Assembly (NCBI GenBank): GCA_965215505.1
Contig: OZ244065.1
Span: 3,328,001-3,392,000, forward strand
DNA length: 64,000 nt
From: Capsulimonadaceae bacterium
GTDB lineage: Bacteria > Armatimonadota > Armatimonadia > Armatimonadales > Capsulimonadaceae
Direction: 5' to 3'
Shown here: one piece after another, positions 26,462 to 35,700 of the stretch
How positions within the stretch are numbered: the stretch's first letter is position 1
Layout of the letters: every line of letters starts with the position of its first letter
The notes under the pieces: generated by a model
Seen by the model: only the letters and a program-made list of their open reading frames with translations
The model's database searches: none
What the model was told of the DNA's origin: nothing
Program-made: the position numbers and the translations under genes

Positions 26462-27532
26462 ATGGAACCCAACATGGACCCCGCCGACTTCGACACCGGC
26501 GTCTACCGCCGCGCCCGCATCGAGGCCCTTCAAGGCCGCTACGCCTGGGCGCATTCGCAGGCCGCCGTCCGGCCCCCCGCCGAGCGGGCCGCCTGGCAAA
26601 CGGACTTCCGCCGCGCCTTCGGCGAGGCCCTCGGCGGCCTCGGCGCGTGGGAGATCCCGCCACTCGAACCCGCCACCGTCGAGACGCGCCAACTTGACGG
26701 CTACCGGCGCGAAACCGTCACCTTCACCACGCGCCCCGGCCTGCGCGCCTTCGGCTATTTCCTCATCCCCGACGACTGCCCGCCCGGCAGCCCCGCCGTG
26801 CTGTGCCTGCCCGGCCACGGGCGCGGCGTGGACAGCATCGTCGGCATCGCCCCCGACGGCTCCCAGCGCCCCCTGGACCGGCCCGAGGAGTACGCGCAGG
26901 ATTACGCGCTCCAGTGCGTGGCGCGCGGCTACCCGGCCTTCGCCCTGGAACTGCCGAGCTTCGGGCTGCGCCGCGATGCCCAGGCCGCCGCCCAGACGCC
27001 CGAGACGAGTTCCTGCACGCGCGACAGCATGGCCGCCCTGATGCTCGGCGAAACCCTGCCCGGCTGGCGCGTCTGGGACGCCTGCCGCGCCCTGGACTAC
27101 TTGCAGACTCGCGCCGACCTGATAGACCCCGCCCGCCTGGCCGTCTTGGGCATCTCCGGCGGCGGCCTGGCCGCGCTGTTCACGGCCGCCTGGGACATCC
27201 GCGTCCGCGCCTGCCTCGTCTGCGCCTACTTCAACACCTTCCGCGGCTCCGTCCTCTCGATAGACCACTGCGTGGACAACTACGTCCCCGGCCTGCTGCG
27301 CCTGGCCGAGATGCCGGACCTCGCCGCCCTCGTCGCCCCGCGCGCCCTGTTCGCCGAGAGCGGGCGCTCCGACCCCATCTTCCCCTTCGCCGCGTTTGAG
27401 ACGGCCGTCGCCCAGGCACGGGACATCTACCAGTTCTTCGGCGTCCCCGCCCGCTTCGGGTCGGAAGCCTTCGACGGCGGCCACCAGTTCCACGGCGTCG
27501 GCGCGTTCGAATTCCTGGCAGGGGCCTTGTAG
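26462..27532 (+). CDS. Alpha/beta hydrolase (dienelactone hydrolase / acetylxylan esterase-like)
   Basis: PAVLCLPGHG, RALDYL, GISGGG nucleophile elbow, DPIFP, GGHQF. Confidence 0.9.
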   Translation: MEPNMDPADFDTGVYRRARIEALQGRYAWAHSQAAVRPPAERAAWQTDFRRAFGEALGGLGAWEIPPLEPATVETRQLDGYRRETVTFTTRPGLRAFGYFLIPDDCPPGSPAVLCLPGHGRGVDSIVGIAPDGSQRPLDRPEEYAQDYALQCVARGYPAFALELPSFGLRRDAQAAAQTPETSSCTRDSMAALMLGETLPGWRVWDACRALDYLQTRADLIDPARLAVLGISGGGLAALFTAAWDIRVRACLVCAYFNTFRGSVLSIDHCVDNYVPGLLRLAEMPDLAALVAPRALFAESGRSDPIFPFAAFETAVAQARDIYQFFGVPARFGSEAFDGGHQFHGVGAFEFLAGAL

Positions 27533-27670
27533 GGGCAGGGCTTGTCCCTGCCCTCCTACCTGCCACGGGGCTGAATCCCCGTGGCACAAAAAAGGGCGCG
27601 ATGAATCGCGCCCCTACACCATCCCCGTAGGGGCGGGGTCGCCCCGCCCTCCTGTTTCCCCTCGCACGCC

Positions 27671-30600
27671 TTACGGAACCTTCGCGGGTGCCGTCCCCTT
27701 CGACAATCGCCGTGGCGCATATTTCCCATGCCACAGGCTTTCTAGCTGCATCCACCGCCCCCGCGCCGCGAGGGACGACTTCAGGTAGCTGTCGTACCGG
27801 GCCACCTCCGCCGCTGCTTCGGGCGTCGGCGGGCGCATCGCCTTGATCTCCGCCTGCCGACGCCGGAGGCGGGCCGCAGCACTCGCGGAAACCTGCTTCC
27901 AGTGGGCGGCTTGGGCGGGGTACAGGACGCCCTTGGCGTCCGCCGACCGGATCTGATCCATGTCTGTGTAGGTCTGCTCCTCCCTCTGGTGACGCTTCTC
28001 CTCGAACGCCACGACGGCGGGCGTCCTGAGCGACTTCTCCTGCCGGTCCGAAGCCGCCATGGACTTTTCCAGTTGGATGATCTCCATCCGCAGGGCGTTC
28101 TTGGCCGTCTCCCGCTCGGTGGTTTGGGCGCGGGACAACGTGCCGGGGTGCGCGGCCGTATAATCCGCCCGCGCCTTCTCCAAGTCCTGAAGACGCTGCC
28201 TGGCCCGCGCGATGTCGGTTTCCGTCGGGACGCCCGGCAAGGGCGCGGCCTGTCCTGCCTGCCCCTCGGCGGAGGGCGGGGCGAAGGCCGCCGTCCTCAG
28301 CAGCGCGGCCTGATGGGGCACTGCCGGGACGGCCTGCGCCTTCCGCGCCGGGGGCGTGGGCGCGCTCCCGCCGAACCACCGCAGCGCCCTTTTCGCGGCG
28401 TAACGCTCGTTATAGTTCTTGCTCGCCAGGTACGGGAGGATCGCCTCCCGTATCTCCTGTGACTGCGCGGGGGAGGCGATGTGCAGGAAGTCGAAGAAGA
28501 ACAGCACAGCCAGGTGGATGGGGCTTTGTCTGTCTGGCCGGGTCCGCAGGATCGCGATGTCCGGGGCGATGTCTGCCTCGCTGAGACGCCCCGCCTGCAC
28601 TATTTTAGCGTCGAGTAGGTAGAGATGGACTAGGTCGGTGCGCGATAGCGAATGGGCCAACTCGGAGTCAAGCCCGTAGCGCGCCATCGAGGCAGCATCG
28701 TCCGGAGTGATGTGCAGGGACAAACCCGCCGCCCGCTCCATTTGCATGATGTCGAGCCGCGTTTCGTCGAGGGCGATGGCTTCCTCTAAGCCATACTTTC
28801 TGGTCTCCTGCGCGACCCGCCCCGGCGGGAGTAGACCCACTTCTCTTTGCAGCCGCGCGAGTCGCGGATTGAAGGGAGGCACCTTGGCGGCGACGGGGGC
28901 AGCAGGCTCGGGGCCGGTGACTATGACCATTTCACTCCGCCGCAGAGGCCGCTTGTCGTTGGGCTTGGTGCTTTTGCCTTCCACCCAGACTCGCGTGACC
29001 TGCCTGTGCTTTGTAGACTCACGCGCCGCCCGGCCGGCGTTCCATTTCGCCTGGTAGCGGACTTCTTCCTGCTCGCTGCTCAACTGGTCAACCAGAGCGG
29101 CCTGCTTTGGCGTCAGTGTGTTCGGGTGCGCGGCGACATAGTCCGCCCGCTCCTGCTCCAGACCTTGAAGATGCTGATGGACCTGTGCGATCTCCGCCTC
29201 CGTCGGGGTGCCCGCCGACAGCGCAGCCTGTGCCGCCGGGGCCTGGTTGGCGGCGGGCGGGGCGAAGACCGCCGTCCTCAGCAGTGTTGCCGGGACGTTC
29301 TGCGCCGGGGGCGGCGTCGCGCTCCCGTCAATCTTCTTGAGTGTCCGTGCGGCCTGATCCGTCTCCCAGTGGGAGCGGCTTTTCAGAAGCGGCGTGATTG
29401 CCTCCCGCATCTTCTGCTTCTGTGCGGGAGAAGACTCGGGCAGCACACTGAAAAGCTGCATGACATCACTCCGATTGAAGTTCGGGGCTATGGATGGCTT
29501 GTGGAGGATCACGATGAGCGAGTCAATGTCAGCGTCATCAAGATGTTTCTTCTGCCCGGCTTTTTGTTGCAGCAGGGAAACATGAACGGAGTCGGCGCGC
29601 GACATCTGCCCCGTCTTCTCCCAGTCGAGCGCAGTGTCTGCTATGATGGCAAGGTTGTCCGGTGGTATGTGCAGCGGATAGCCGACAGCATGCTCCATCT
29701 GCATCATCTCGACCCGCGTCTTGTCCAGGGCAATGGCCTCATCAAAGCCGTGCATCCGCACCTCCCGCGTGACCTGTGCCGCCGGGAGCGAAGCGATTCT
29801 AGGTTGCACCATGGCGCGATAGTTGCGTTCCGCTTGGGCGGCATAGACTTCATGTTCTTTAAGGCCCTTCAGAGCTGTGGCCCTTGCGTGGGGGCCCTTC
29901 TCTCTCGCTATCTCTCTTGCTACGAGATGTTGCATGGTGTGCTTGGACTCATCTATCCCTCTCAGGCCATCCAGGTAGCCGATTTGGGTTAGAGACAGTA
30001 TGTTCGGGTGTGCGGCGGCGTACTGCGCCCGCGCCTGCTCCAGTCCACGCAGGTGCCGTTGGACCTTCGCGATGTCCGCCTCCGTCGGGACGCCCGCCGT
30101 CGGCGCGGCCTGTACCTTACGTCCCTCGTCGGCGCGGGCGGCGGGGCGCAGAATCGCCAAGGGAGCGGCGACGGCGAGTGCAATCACCACAGCCAGGGCG
30201 GCGGAGCGGCGGGTGACGCGGCGGCGGGCGCGGCGGGTGTCCAGGATGGCTTCCAGACGCCCGCGCACTGGGGAGCGGCGGGTCATGGTGACGGCCCCGA
30301 CGGACAGCCGCCGCTGCGTCCGGCCCGCGCCGAGGTGGCGGGCGACGGCGAGGAGGTCCTGGGCGTAGTCGGCGGGCGAGACGCCCGCCAGCAGTACGGC
30401 GTCGTCGCAGGCGCGCTCGGCCTCGGCCCCCAGGCGGGCGGCGAGGAGCCAGAGCAGCGGGTTGAACCAGTACAGGGCGCAGGCGGTCTGGGCGAGCAGG
30501 TGCGTCAGCCAGTCACAGCGCCGGACGTGGGCCGACTCGTGCAGCACGACGGCCCGCAGACGCGCGTCCGGCCAGTCGGCGGCCTCGGGGGGCAGCAGGA

Positions 30601-31297
30601 GGACGGCGCGGGGCCAGCCCCAGACCATCGGCGGCGTCCCCGCCGGGCCGGTCAGGAGGGCGGCGAAGGGGGCGGTTCCCAGGCCGGCGGAGGGGAGCAG
30701 GGACGGCGGCAGGGGCGGGCAGCGGCGCGTCAGCCGCCACACGCGCGCCTGGGCGGATAGCATCCGGGCGGCACAGGCCAGGACGCCGACCAGCCAGAGG
30801 GCGACGAGCCAGCCGGGGCGGATGGAGGGCGCGTGGGCCGGGGAGGGCGTCACGGCAGGGGGCGCGGGGAGAGGAGGTCGGGCGGCGACGGGCGCGGCCC
30901 CAACGGGGACGGCCACAAGAGGCGCGGCGGGCGTCTCATTGGCCGGCGCAACTGTCGGCAGGGGCAGGGCCGGGGCTGGCGGGGCGGGGGCATCCCTGAC
31001 CGGCGGAGCAGTCGGCGTGGGCGGCGCTGGAACCAGCACGGCGGCGGGCACGGCGCGCGGAGTGGGGGCCGGGCGCGGGAACTCCTGCCGGGGCAGGAGC
31101 GCCATCAGGACCGGCAGGCCGAGCAGGACGCCCAGCCCGGCCAGCAGGGCGAGGTGGCGCGTCGCCGCCGAGGCGCGGCGCAGGCAGAGGAGCGCGGCCA
31201 GGGCCAATGCCGACACGAGGAGGCCCTTGGCGGCGACATCCAGGAGCAGGGGCAGCGCGTGCCCGGCGTTGACGGGAAGCAGGGCGGCACTAAACAT
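27671..31297 (-). CDS. M56 (BlaR1/MecR1) family metallopeptidase with a three-repeat extracytoplasmic region
   Basis: PMVWG, LHESAHVRRCDW, YWFNPLLW, ERACDDAVL; three PTExxIA..LE..RA.Y.AAHP repeats. Confidence 0.9.
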   Translation of the reverse strand: MFSAALLPVNAGHALPLLLDVAAKGLLVSALALAALLCLRRASAATRHLALLAGLGVLLGLPVLMALLPRQEFPRPAPTPRAVPAAVLVPAPPTPTAPPVRDAPAPPAPALPLPTVAPANETPAAPLVAVPVGAAPVAARPPLPAPPAVTPSPAHAPSIRPGWLVALWLVGVLACAARMLSAQARVWRLTRRCPPLPPSLLPSAGLGTAPFAALLTGPAGTPPMVWGWPRAVLLLPPEAADWPDARLRAVVLHESAHVRRCDWLTHLLAQTACALYWFNPLLWLLAARLGAEAERACDDAVLLAGVSPADYAQDLLAVARHLGAGRTQRRLSVGAVTMTRRSPVRGRLEAILDTRRARRRVTRRSAALAVVIALAVAAPLAILRPAARADEGRKVQAAPTAGVPTEADIAKVQRHLRGLEQARAQYAAAHPNILSLTQIGYLDGLRGIDESKHTMQHLVAREIAREKGPHARATALKGLKEHEVYAAQAERNYRAMVQPRIASLPAAQVTREVRMHGFDEAIALDKTRVEMMQMEHAVGYPLHIPPDNLAIIADTALDWEKTGQMSRADSVHVSLLQQKAGQKKHLDDADIDSLIVILHKPSIAPNFNRSDVMQLFSVLPESSPAQKQKMREAITPLLKSRSHWETDQAARTLKKIDGSATPPPAQNVPATLLRTAVFAPPAANQAPAAQAALSAGTPTEAEIAQVHQHLQGLEQERADYVAAHPNTLTPKQAALVDQLSSEQEEVRYQAKWNAGRAARESTKHRQVTRVWVEGKSTKPNDKRPLRRSEMVIVTGPEPAAPVAAKVPPFNPRLARLQREVGLLPPGRVAQETRKYGLEEAIALDETRLDIMQMERAAGLSLHITPDDAASMARYGLDSELAHSLSRTDLVHLYLLDAKIVQAGRLSEADIAPDIAILRTRPDRQSPIHLAVLFFFDFLHIASPAQSQEIREAILPYLASKNYNERYAAKRALRWFGGSAPTPPARKAQAVPAVPHQAALLRTAAFAPPSAEGQAGQAAPLPGVPTETDIARARQRLQDLEKARADYTAAHPGTLSRAQTTERETAKNALRMEIIQLEKSMAASDRQEKSLRTPAVVAFEEKRHQREEQTYTDMDQIRSADAKGVLYPAQAAHWKQVSASAAARLRRRQAEIKAMRPPTPEAAAEVARYDSYLKSSLAARGRWMQLESLWHGKYAPRRLSKGTAPAKVP

Positions 31298-31697
31298 CGG
31301 TCTTCTCCTCCACTGTCCCGGCGCGGGCCTGGTCGATGAGCGCGGCCAGCTCGGACAGCTCGGCCTCGGTCAGTTGGGCGTCCTCGTCGGACAGGAAGGT
31401 CTTGACGGCCCCCGAGAGGCTGCCGCCGAAGAAGGTCGCCAGCACGCCGCGCAGGGCCGACTGCGCCGCCTGGGGCTGCGGCGTGGTCGGCAGATAGACG
31501 TAACGCTTGCCCTCCTCCTCGTGCCGCGCGTGGCCCTTGGCGGCGAGGATGCGGAGGACCGAGCGGACGGCGGAGTAGGAGGGCGCGTCGGGCAGAGCCT
31601 CCTGTATCTCCAGGGCCGTCGCCCGCCCCAGGCGGTTCAGAATCTCCAGGGCCTCCCGCTCCCGCCGGCTCAGGCCCGTCCCGATCATGTTAGGCAT
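31290..31697 (-). CDS. BlaI/MecI/CopY family repressor
   Basis: LSRREREALEIL, PSYSAVRSVLRILAAKG, RYVY, TFFGGS; overlaps the M56 start. Confidence 0.93.
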   Translation of the reverse strand: MPNMIGTGLSRREREALEILNRLGRATALEIQEALPDAPSYSAVRSVLRILAAKGHARHEEEGKRYVYLPTTPQPQAAQSALRGVLATFFGGSLSGAVKTFLSDEDAQLTEAELSELAALIDQARAGTVEEKTDV

Positions 31698-31719
31698 TCT
31701 CGCCTCCTGTGGCTGTTTG

Positions 31720-31796
31720 TGCTGAAAAATCAGCAGCCTGCTGAAAGATTAGCACATCAGGTGCGGGGTTGTCAAGGGACTGCTGAAAAATCTGCA
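31720..31796. promoter_or_regulatory. Three TGCTGA-N4-TCAGCA palindromes around the blaI-like promoter (putative operators)
   Basis: Copies at 31720-31735 (perfect), 31739-31754 and 31781-31796; minus-strand TTGACA 31775-31770 and TAATCT 31751-31746. Confidence 0.75.
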
Positions 31797-31830
31797 TCAG
31801 CATTGGGTGAGCAGGGGAAAGTGACAAGTG

Positions 31831-31983
31831 GGACGAGTGAATGAATTCACTCGCTGAAGGGGATCTGTCCAAGGGACAGTGGAACAGGTCGGGAGCGCGG
31901 AAACAGCAGATGTCGTCCGGGCTGTCCTCCTCTTCTGTCCCCTGGACAGGTCCCCTTCAGCGAGTGAATTCATTCACTCGTCC
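31831..31983. repeat. REPIN/MITE-like element, family C copy 2
   Basis: ggacgagtgaatgaattcactcgctgaagggga ... tccccttcagcgagtgaattcattcactcgtcc. Confidence 0.85.
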
Positions 31984-32049
31984 TATGCTCGTCCTATGCT
32001 CGCCCTCTGTCTTGTCCTTTGTCGCCCTTTTCCATCTCACACCTGCCTC

Positions 32050-33759
32050 TCAGTTCACTCCCGCCGCCGCGCCACCCGCACCCGCCGCCGTCATCTCCAC
32101 GGCGAACACCCGCGCCGTCAAGGCGCGTTTGTCCGTGGAAGGCGGCTGCAAGAGTGCAGGGGTCCAGGGCGGGCCGCCGACCGTGACGAGGACGGACGAC
32201 CTGCCTGCCGTCAGCCGGGCGGGGAGGGTCAGCGTCACGACCTGCGGGCCGTGGCGCGTCAGGGTGACGTGCGGCCCGCCGTCTATGGCGAACGTCCGGG
32301 ACGGGGCACCGGCAGGGGCCGAAACCCAGAGGGTCAGCGTGTAGGCCCGGCCCGGCAGGACCGGGAGGCGCAGGGCGGATTTCGCGCCCGCCCAACGGGC
32401 GGTCGTCACGGCAGGCTTCAACGCGGGCGGCACGTCCTGGGCGGCCTCCGGGCCGAACCAGCCCGGCCCGATGTAGTCCTCGTCGCCCGCCGCGCCGATC
32501 TTGACGCGGTAGTGCGCGGCCTGCGCGTTAGGCAGGGCGAAGGGCAATTCGTTCAGCCCGATCTGCGCCCGGCCGCCGATGCCGTTCCGCACCAGGACGC
32601 CGCCCGGCTGGGTGTTCTCGGCGACCACGGCGGCGCGGACATCCGGCCCAAGCACGACGGCCGGACCCGCAGCGGCGAACTGACAGCCGCGCACGATCAC
32701 CCGGCCTTTGCGGGCGACGATAGCCCCCGTTCGGGCCGTGTCCGAGAAGTGGCAGTCGCTGAAGGTGACGGCGGTTTCGCCGTCCAAGAGGGCCACGCCG
32801 CCGGGGTTGGCCCAGAAGTTGCAGTTGACGAACTGCGCCGCCCCGCCCGCGCCGGGTGCGGTGACGACGCCCGCGTCCGGCTCGCCGGTGAAGGTCGTGA
32901 ACTCGCCGTTCGTCACCTGGATGCCGATGGGCTGGACGGCGTCGATTAAGACGCCGACGTGGCAGCCGTCCGCGCCGATCCCCAAAAACTGGCCGTTGCA
33001 CTCGCCCGCCGGGGTATGGATGAACCGGTAGCCCACCCGCGCGCCGAAGACGAAGGTGTTCAGGACGTATTCCCAGTCGGTGCGCCCGAAGACAAACGCC
33101 TCCAGGTTGGCCTCAGTGTAGGCCGTGACCGGCGCGTCGCTGCCGGTCGTGATGCCGGGGTAGTGGGACCGCGCCCAGTAGTGTTCGTTGAAGTGGACGT
33201 TCTCGATGCGCCCGATGTCCGAGGTGGTGTCGATCAAGATGCCGCGCCGCAGGACGCAGCCGAAGACGTTCCGTATTAGGTGCAGCTCGCTCCACGGGAC
33301 GCCGATCTTGATGCCCTGATAGGCGTTGACGAACGTGACGTTCTCCACGTCGTTGTGCATCCCCTGGCCGTGGATTGCCCACGGGTAGGCCGTGATAGCA
33401 TCCCACTTCTGCTCCGGCCAGACCATCGTGACGCCTTGAAGGGAACTGCTTTCTGATAGCTCCACCGCCGCCGGCCCGTCCTCCCGCCCGCGCCCGCCCG
33501 TGACGGCAAATGTCGTCCCCTTGTCCCAGGCCCCGTGGTGGGGCGCGTCCCAGCTCCCGCGCAGCGTGACGCCGGTCGGCACGCGCAGGCTGCCCGCGAT
33601 GTGGTACACCTGCGGCCCGAGCAGCACCTCGCCGCCGGTCTTGCCCTTGGCATCGAGGGCGGCCTGGAGGGTGGCCGTGTCGTCTGCGGCGCGGGCGGGG
33701 ACGCAGAGGGAGAAGAACAAGAGGGAGAAGAGTAAAAGGAGGGCGAGGAGCGGTTTCAT
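32050..33759 (-). CDS. Secreted pectin-lyase-fold (beta-helix) carbohydrate-active protein
   Basis: Signal peptide, DDTATLQAALD, LRVPTGVTLRG, RIENVHF, repeated beta-helix turns, C-terminal beta-sandwich. Confidence 0.78.
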   Translation of the reverse strand: MKPLLALLLLFSLLFFSLCVPARAADDTATLQAALDAKGKTGGEVLLGPQVYHIAGSLRVPTGVTLRGSWDAPHHGAWDKGTTFAVTGGRGREDGPAAVELSESSSLQGVTMVWPEQKWDAITAYPWAIHGQGMHNDVENVTFVNAYQGIKIGVPWSELHLIRNVFGCVLRRGILIDTTSDIGRIENVHFNEHYWARSHYPGITTGSDAPVTAYTEANLEAFVFGRTDWEYVLNTFVFGARVGYRFIHTPAGECNGQFLGIGADGCHVGVLIDAVQPIGIQVTNGEFTTFTGEPDAGVVTAPGAGGAAQFVNCNFWANPGGVALLDGETAVTFSDCHFSDTARTGAIVARKGRVIVRGCQFAAAGPAVVLGPDVRAAVVAENTQPGGVLVRNGIGGRAQIGLNELPFALPNAQAAHYRVKIGAAGDEDYIGPGWFGPEAAQDVPPALKPAVTTARWAGAKSALRLPVLPGRAYTLTLWVSAPAGAPSRTFAIDGGPHVTLTRHGPQVVTLTLPARLTAGRSSVLVTVGGPPWTPALLQPPSTDKRALTARVFAVEMTAAGAGGAAAGVN

Positions 33760-33808
33760 GGCGATGGGCCTTTCAGAAGGGACGTAGGCCGGAAGTGCCG
33801 GTCACATC

Positions 33809-33837
33809 ATGCTAACACCCTCCCCCTCCCATGTCAA
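33809..33837 (-). promoter_or_regulatory. Sigma70 promoter for the beta-helix gene
   Basis: TTGACA (33837-33832), 17 bp, TAGCAT (33814-33809) with TG extension. Confidence 0.7.
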
Positions 33838-33848
33838 GCCCGCGTCCC

Positions 33849-35456
33849 TCACCGCGCCACGCCCGGCCACGGCTTCCCCTGCTGCGCCGCCAGCGCCTGC
33901 GCCTCCCCGTGCAGGGCGCGCTCCAGGCCCGTGTTGACGGCGTTCTCCTGGTGTACCGTCCACAGCGCCAGGCCACCGTACAGCAATGCCAGCGCGCAGG
34001 CGAGCGGCGGCGCGAATGCCCGGAAGCCTTCCACCAGCGCGACTGATTCGGGCAGGTGCTTGACGGCGGCCCGGATGCTCAGGGTCAGCAGAAGCAGCAC
34101 GGGGACGGCCGCCCCCAGCACCAGACCGAGCGCCAGCGGTGCCTGCGTGCCGCTGGTCGCGGCGAGGGTGCTGGTGGCGATCTGGGCGAGTGAGGTCGCC
34201 CCGCGTAATTGCCACGCCCCCAGCCCGACCACCGCCAGCAGGACCGCCAGCGCGACGCCCACCGACACGAGGAGCGGCGGCGCGGCCCGGTCCCGGAGCG
34301 GGGTGAGCCGGCCCAAGCCCAGGGCGACCCCACCGAGCAGCAGGAGCAGGAGCGCGTTGGCGGCCAGGAACCACCCCACACCGAGGGCGACGCCCAGGCG
34401 CATGAGGTCCGCAAGCCGGCTGCCGAAGACCGCATCGTTTACGTTCAGGTGACGCACCTGCGCCCCTGCCGCGTCCTGCGCTCGCGCCTCCCGCGCGGCT
34501 TCGGGGTGTCCGAGCCGCGTCACATAGTCGCAGTAGGCGTCGAGGCGCTCGCTCGCCCACTTTTCGGCGGAGACGCCTTGCGGGCGGGTGGCGACGGGGA
34601 TGCCGCCGGGGCGGCTGCGCGAGATGGAATTAATGGCGACGCCGACGAGGCTGCCGATGAACGAGGTGGACCGCGCCCGCATCAGATCACCGCAGCGGGC
34701 CAGAGCGAGCCGCAGGGCCAGGCCCTCCTCGGGCCGGCCGTCCTGCTCCGCCTGCACCGCTTTGACCGCGACCATCCGGGCGGCAGCCCGGAGCTGCTGG
34801 TACTGCGGGAACAGCAGGGAGGCGGCGACCGCCATGCGGCTGACGCCCTCGCGGCCCCCGAAAACGGCCTCGGAGATGCGCCAGCGCCCCTCCACCTCGT
34901 CATCGCTGTATTCCCGCCACTCGCGCTTTGTGCCGGCCCGCTTGACGGCAGCCAGCGCCTCGTCGTCGCGGTAAGCGGCGAACAGGGCAACCGCGCGCAT
35001 CAGCGGGAAGTAGGCGTTGTCCGGGTCCAGGCGCTCCCCCGCCGCCGCGTCCGCGTCGTAGGCGGCCAGGTGGGCGGGGGTGTCGTGCCCCAGCTCCTCA
35101 GACACGGCGGGAACGGGCTGGCCCGACAGCAGGTTCTCCTCGGGCCGCTTCAGGTAGATTTGCTCCTGCGTCGCGTAGCGCAGGATGTTCGCGCGCAGGG
35201 AAGGGTTGTCGGGGAAGCGCGGCACCAGGGACCGCGCGTAGTGGACCGCCGTCTGCCGCTCGAAGTCCGTCTGCCCGCCGAGATGCACCTGATAGTCGTC
35301 GGGGTGGCTGCGGACGAACCCCGCCCGCCCGTCCCCGCCGCCCACGGAGCCGGGGAACGCCTGCATCCGCACCAGCCAGCGCGTCGGTGGCGCGAGCAGG
35401 AGGAGGGCGAAGACGAGGGCGGTGAGGGCGGCATAAACGAGAGGTCGTTGTTTCAT
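33849..35456 (-). CDS. Hypothetical membrane protein, paralog 2 (helical soluble domain plus C-terminal TMs)
   Basis: Shares GERLDPDNAYFPLMRA, WREY..DEVE.RWR and YQQLRA.AR with 35701-37617. Confidence 0.8.
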   Translation of the reverse strand: MKQRPLVYAALTALVFALLLLAPPTRWLVRMQAFPGSVGGGDGRAGFVRSHPDDYQVHLGGQTDFERQTAVHYARSLVPRFPDNPSLRANILRYATQEQIYLKRPEENLLSGQPVPAVSEELGHDTPAHLAAYDADAAAGERLDPDNAYFPLMRAVALFAAYRDDEALAAVKRAGTKREWREYSDDEVEGRWRISEAVFGGREGVSRMAVAASLLFPQYQQLRAAARMVAVKAVQAEQDGRPEEGLALRLALARCGDLMRARSTSFIGSLVGVAINSISRSRPGGIPVATRPQGVSAEKWASERLDAYCDYVTRLGHPEAAREARAQDAAGAQVRHLNVNDAVFGSRLADLMRLGVALGVGWFLAANALLLLLLGGVALGLGRLTPLRDRAAPPLLVSVGVALAVLLAVVGLGAWQLRGATSLAQIATSTLAATSGTQAPLALGLVLGAAVPVLLLLTLSIRAAVKHLPESVALVEGFRAFAPPLACALALLYGGLALWTVHQENAVNTGLERALHGEAQALAAQQGKPWPGVAR

Positions 35457-35700
35457 GCTGACACTAACGGGCGCGGGAGGCAAAAGGGTTCGCGCGCCGT
35501 CTCTTGTCAGATAACGCCGCCGGACACCACCCGCCGGGCCTCGTAGGGGCGCCGCTTGCCGCGCCCTCCTTATGGTCCTGTTCTGCGGGCGCGCAAGAGA
35601 AGAGGGCGCGGATTACGAAAGAGGGCGCGGCAAGCGGCGCCCCTACGATGACATCCGAAGCCGCGAAGCGGGCGGGACAAAGAAACGGGCGGGACGAACC

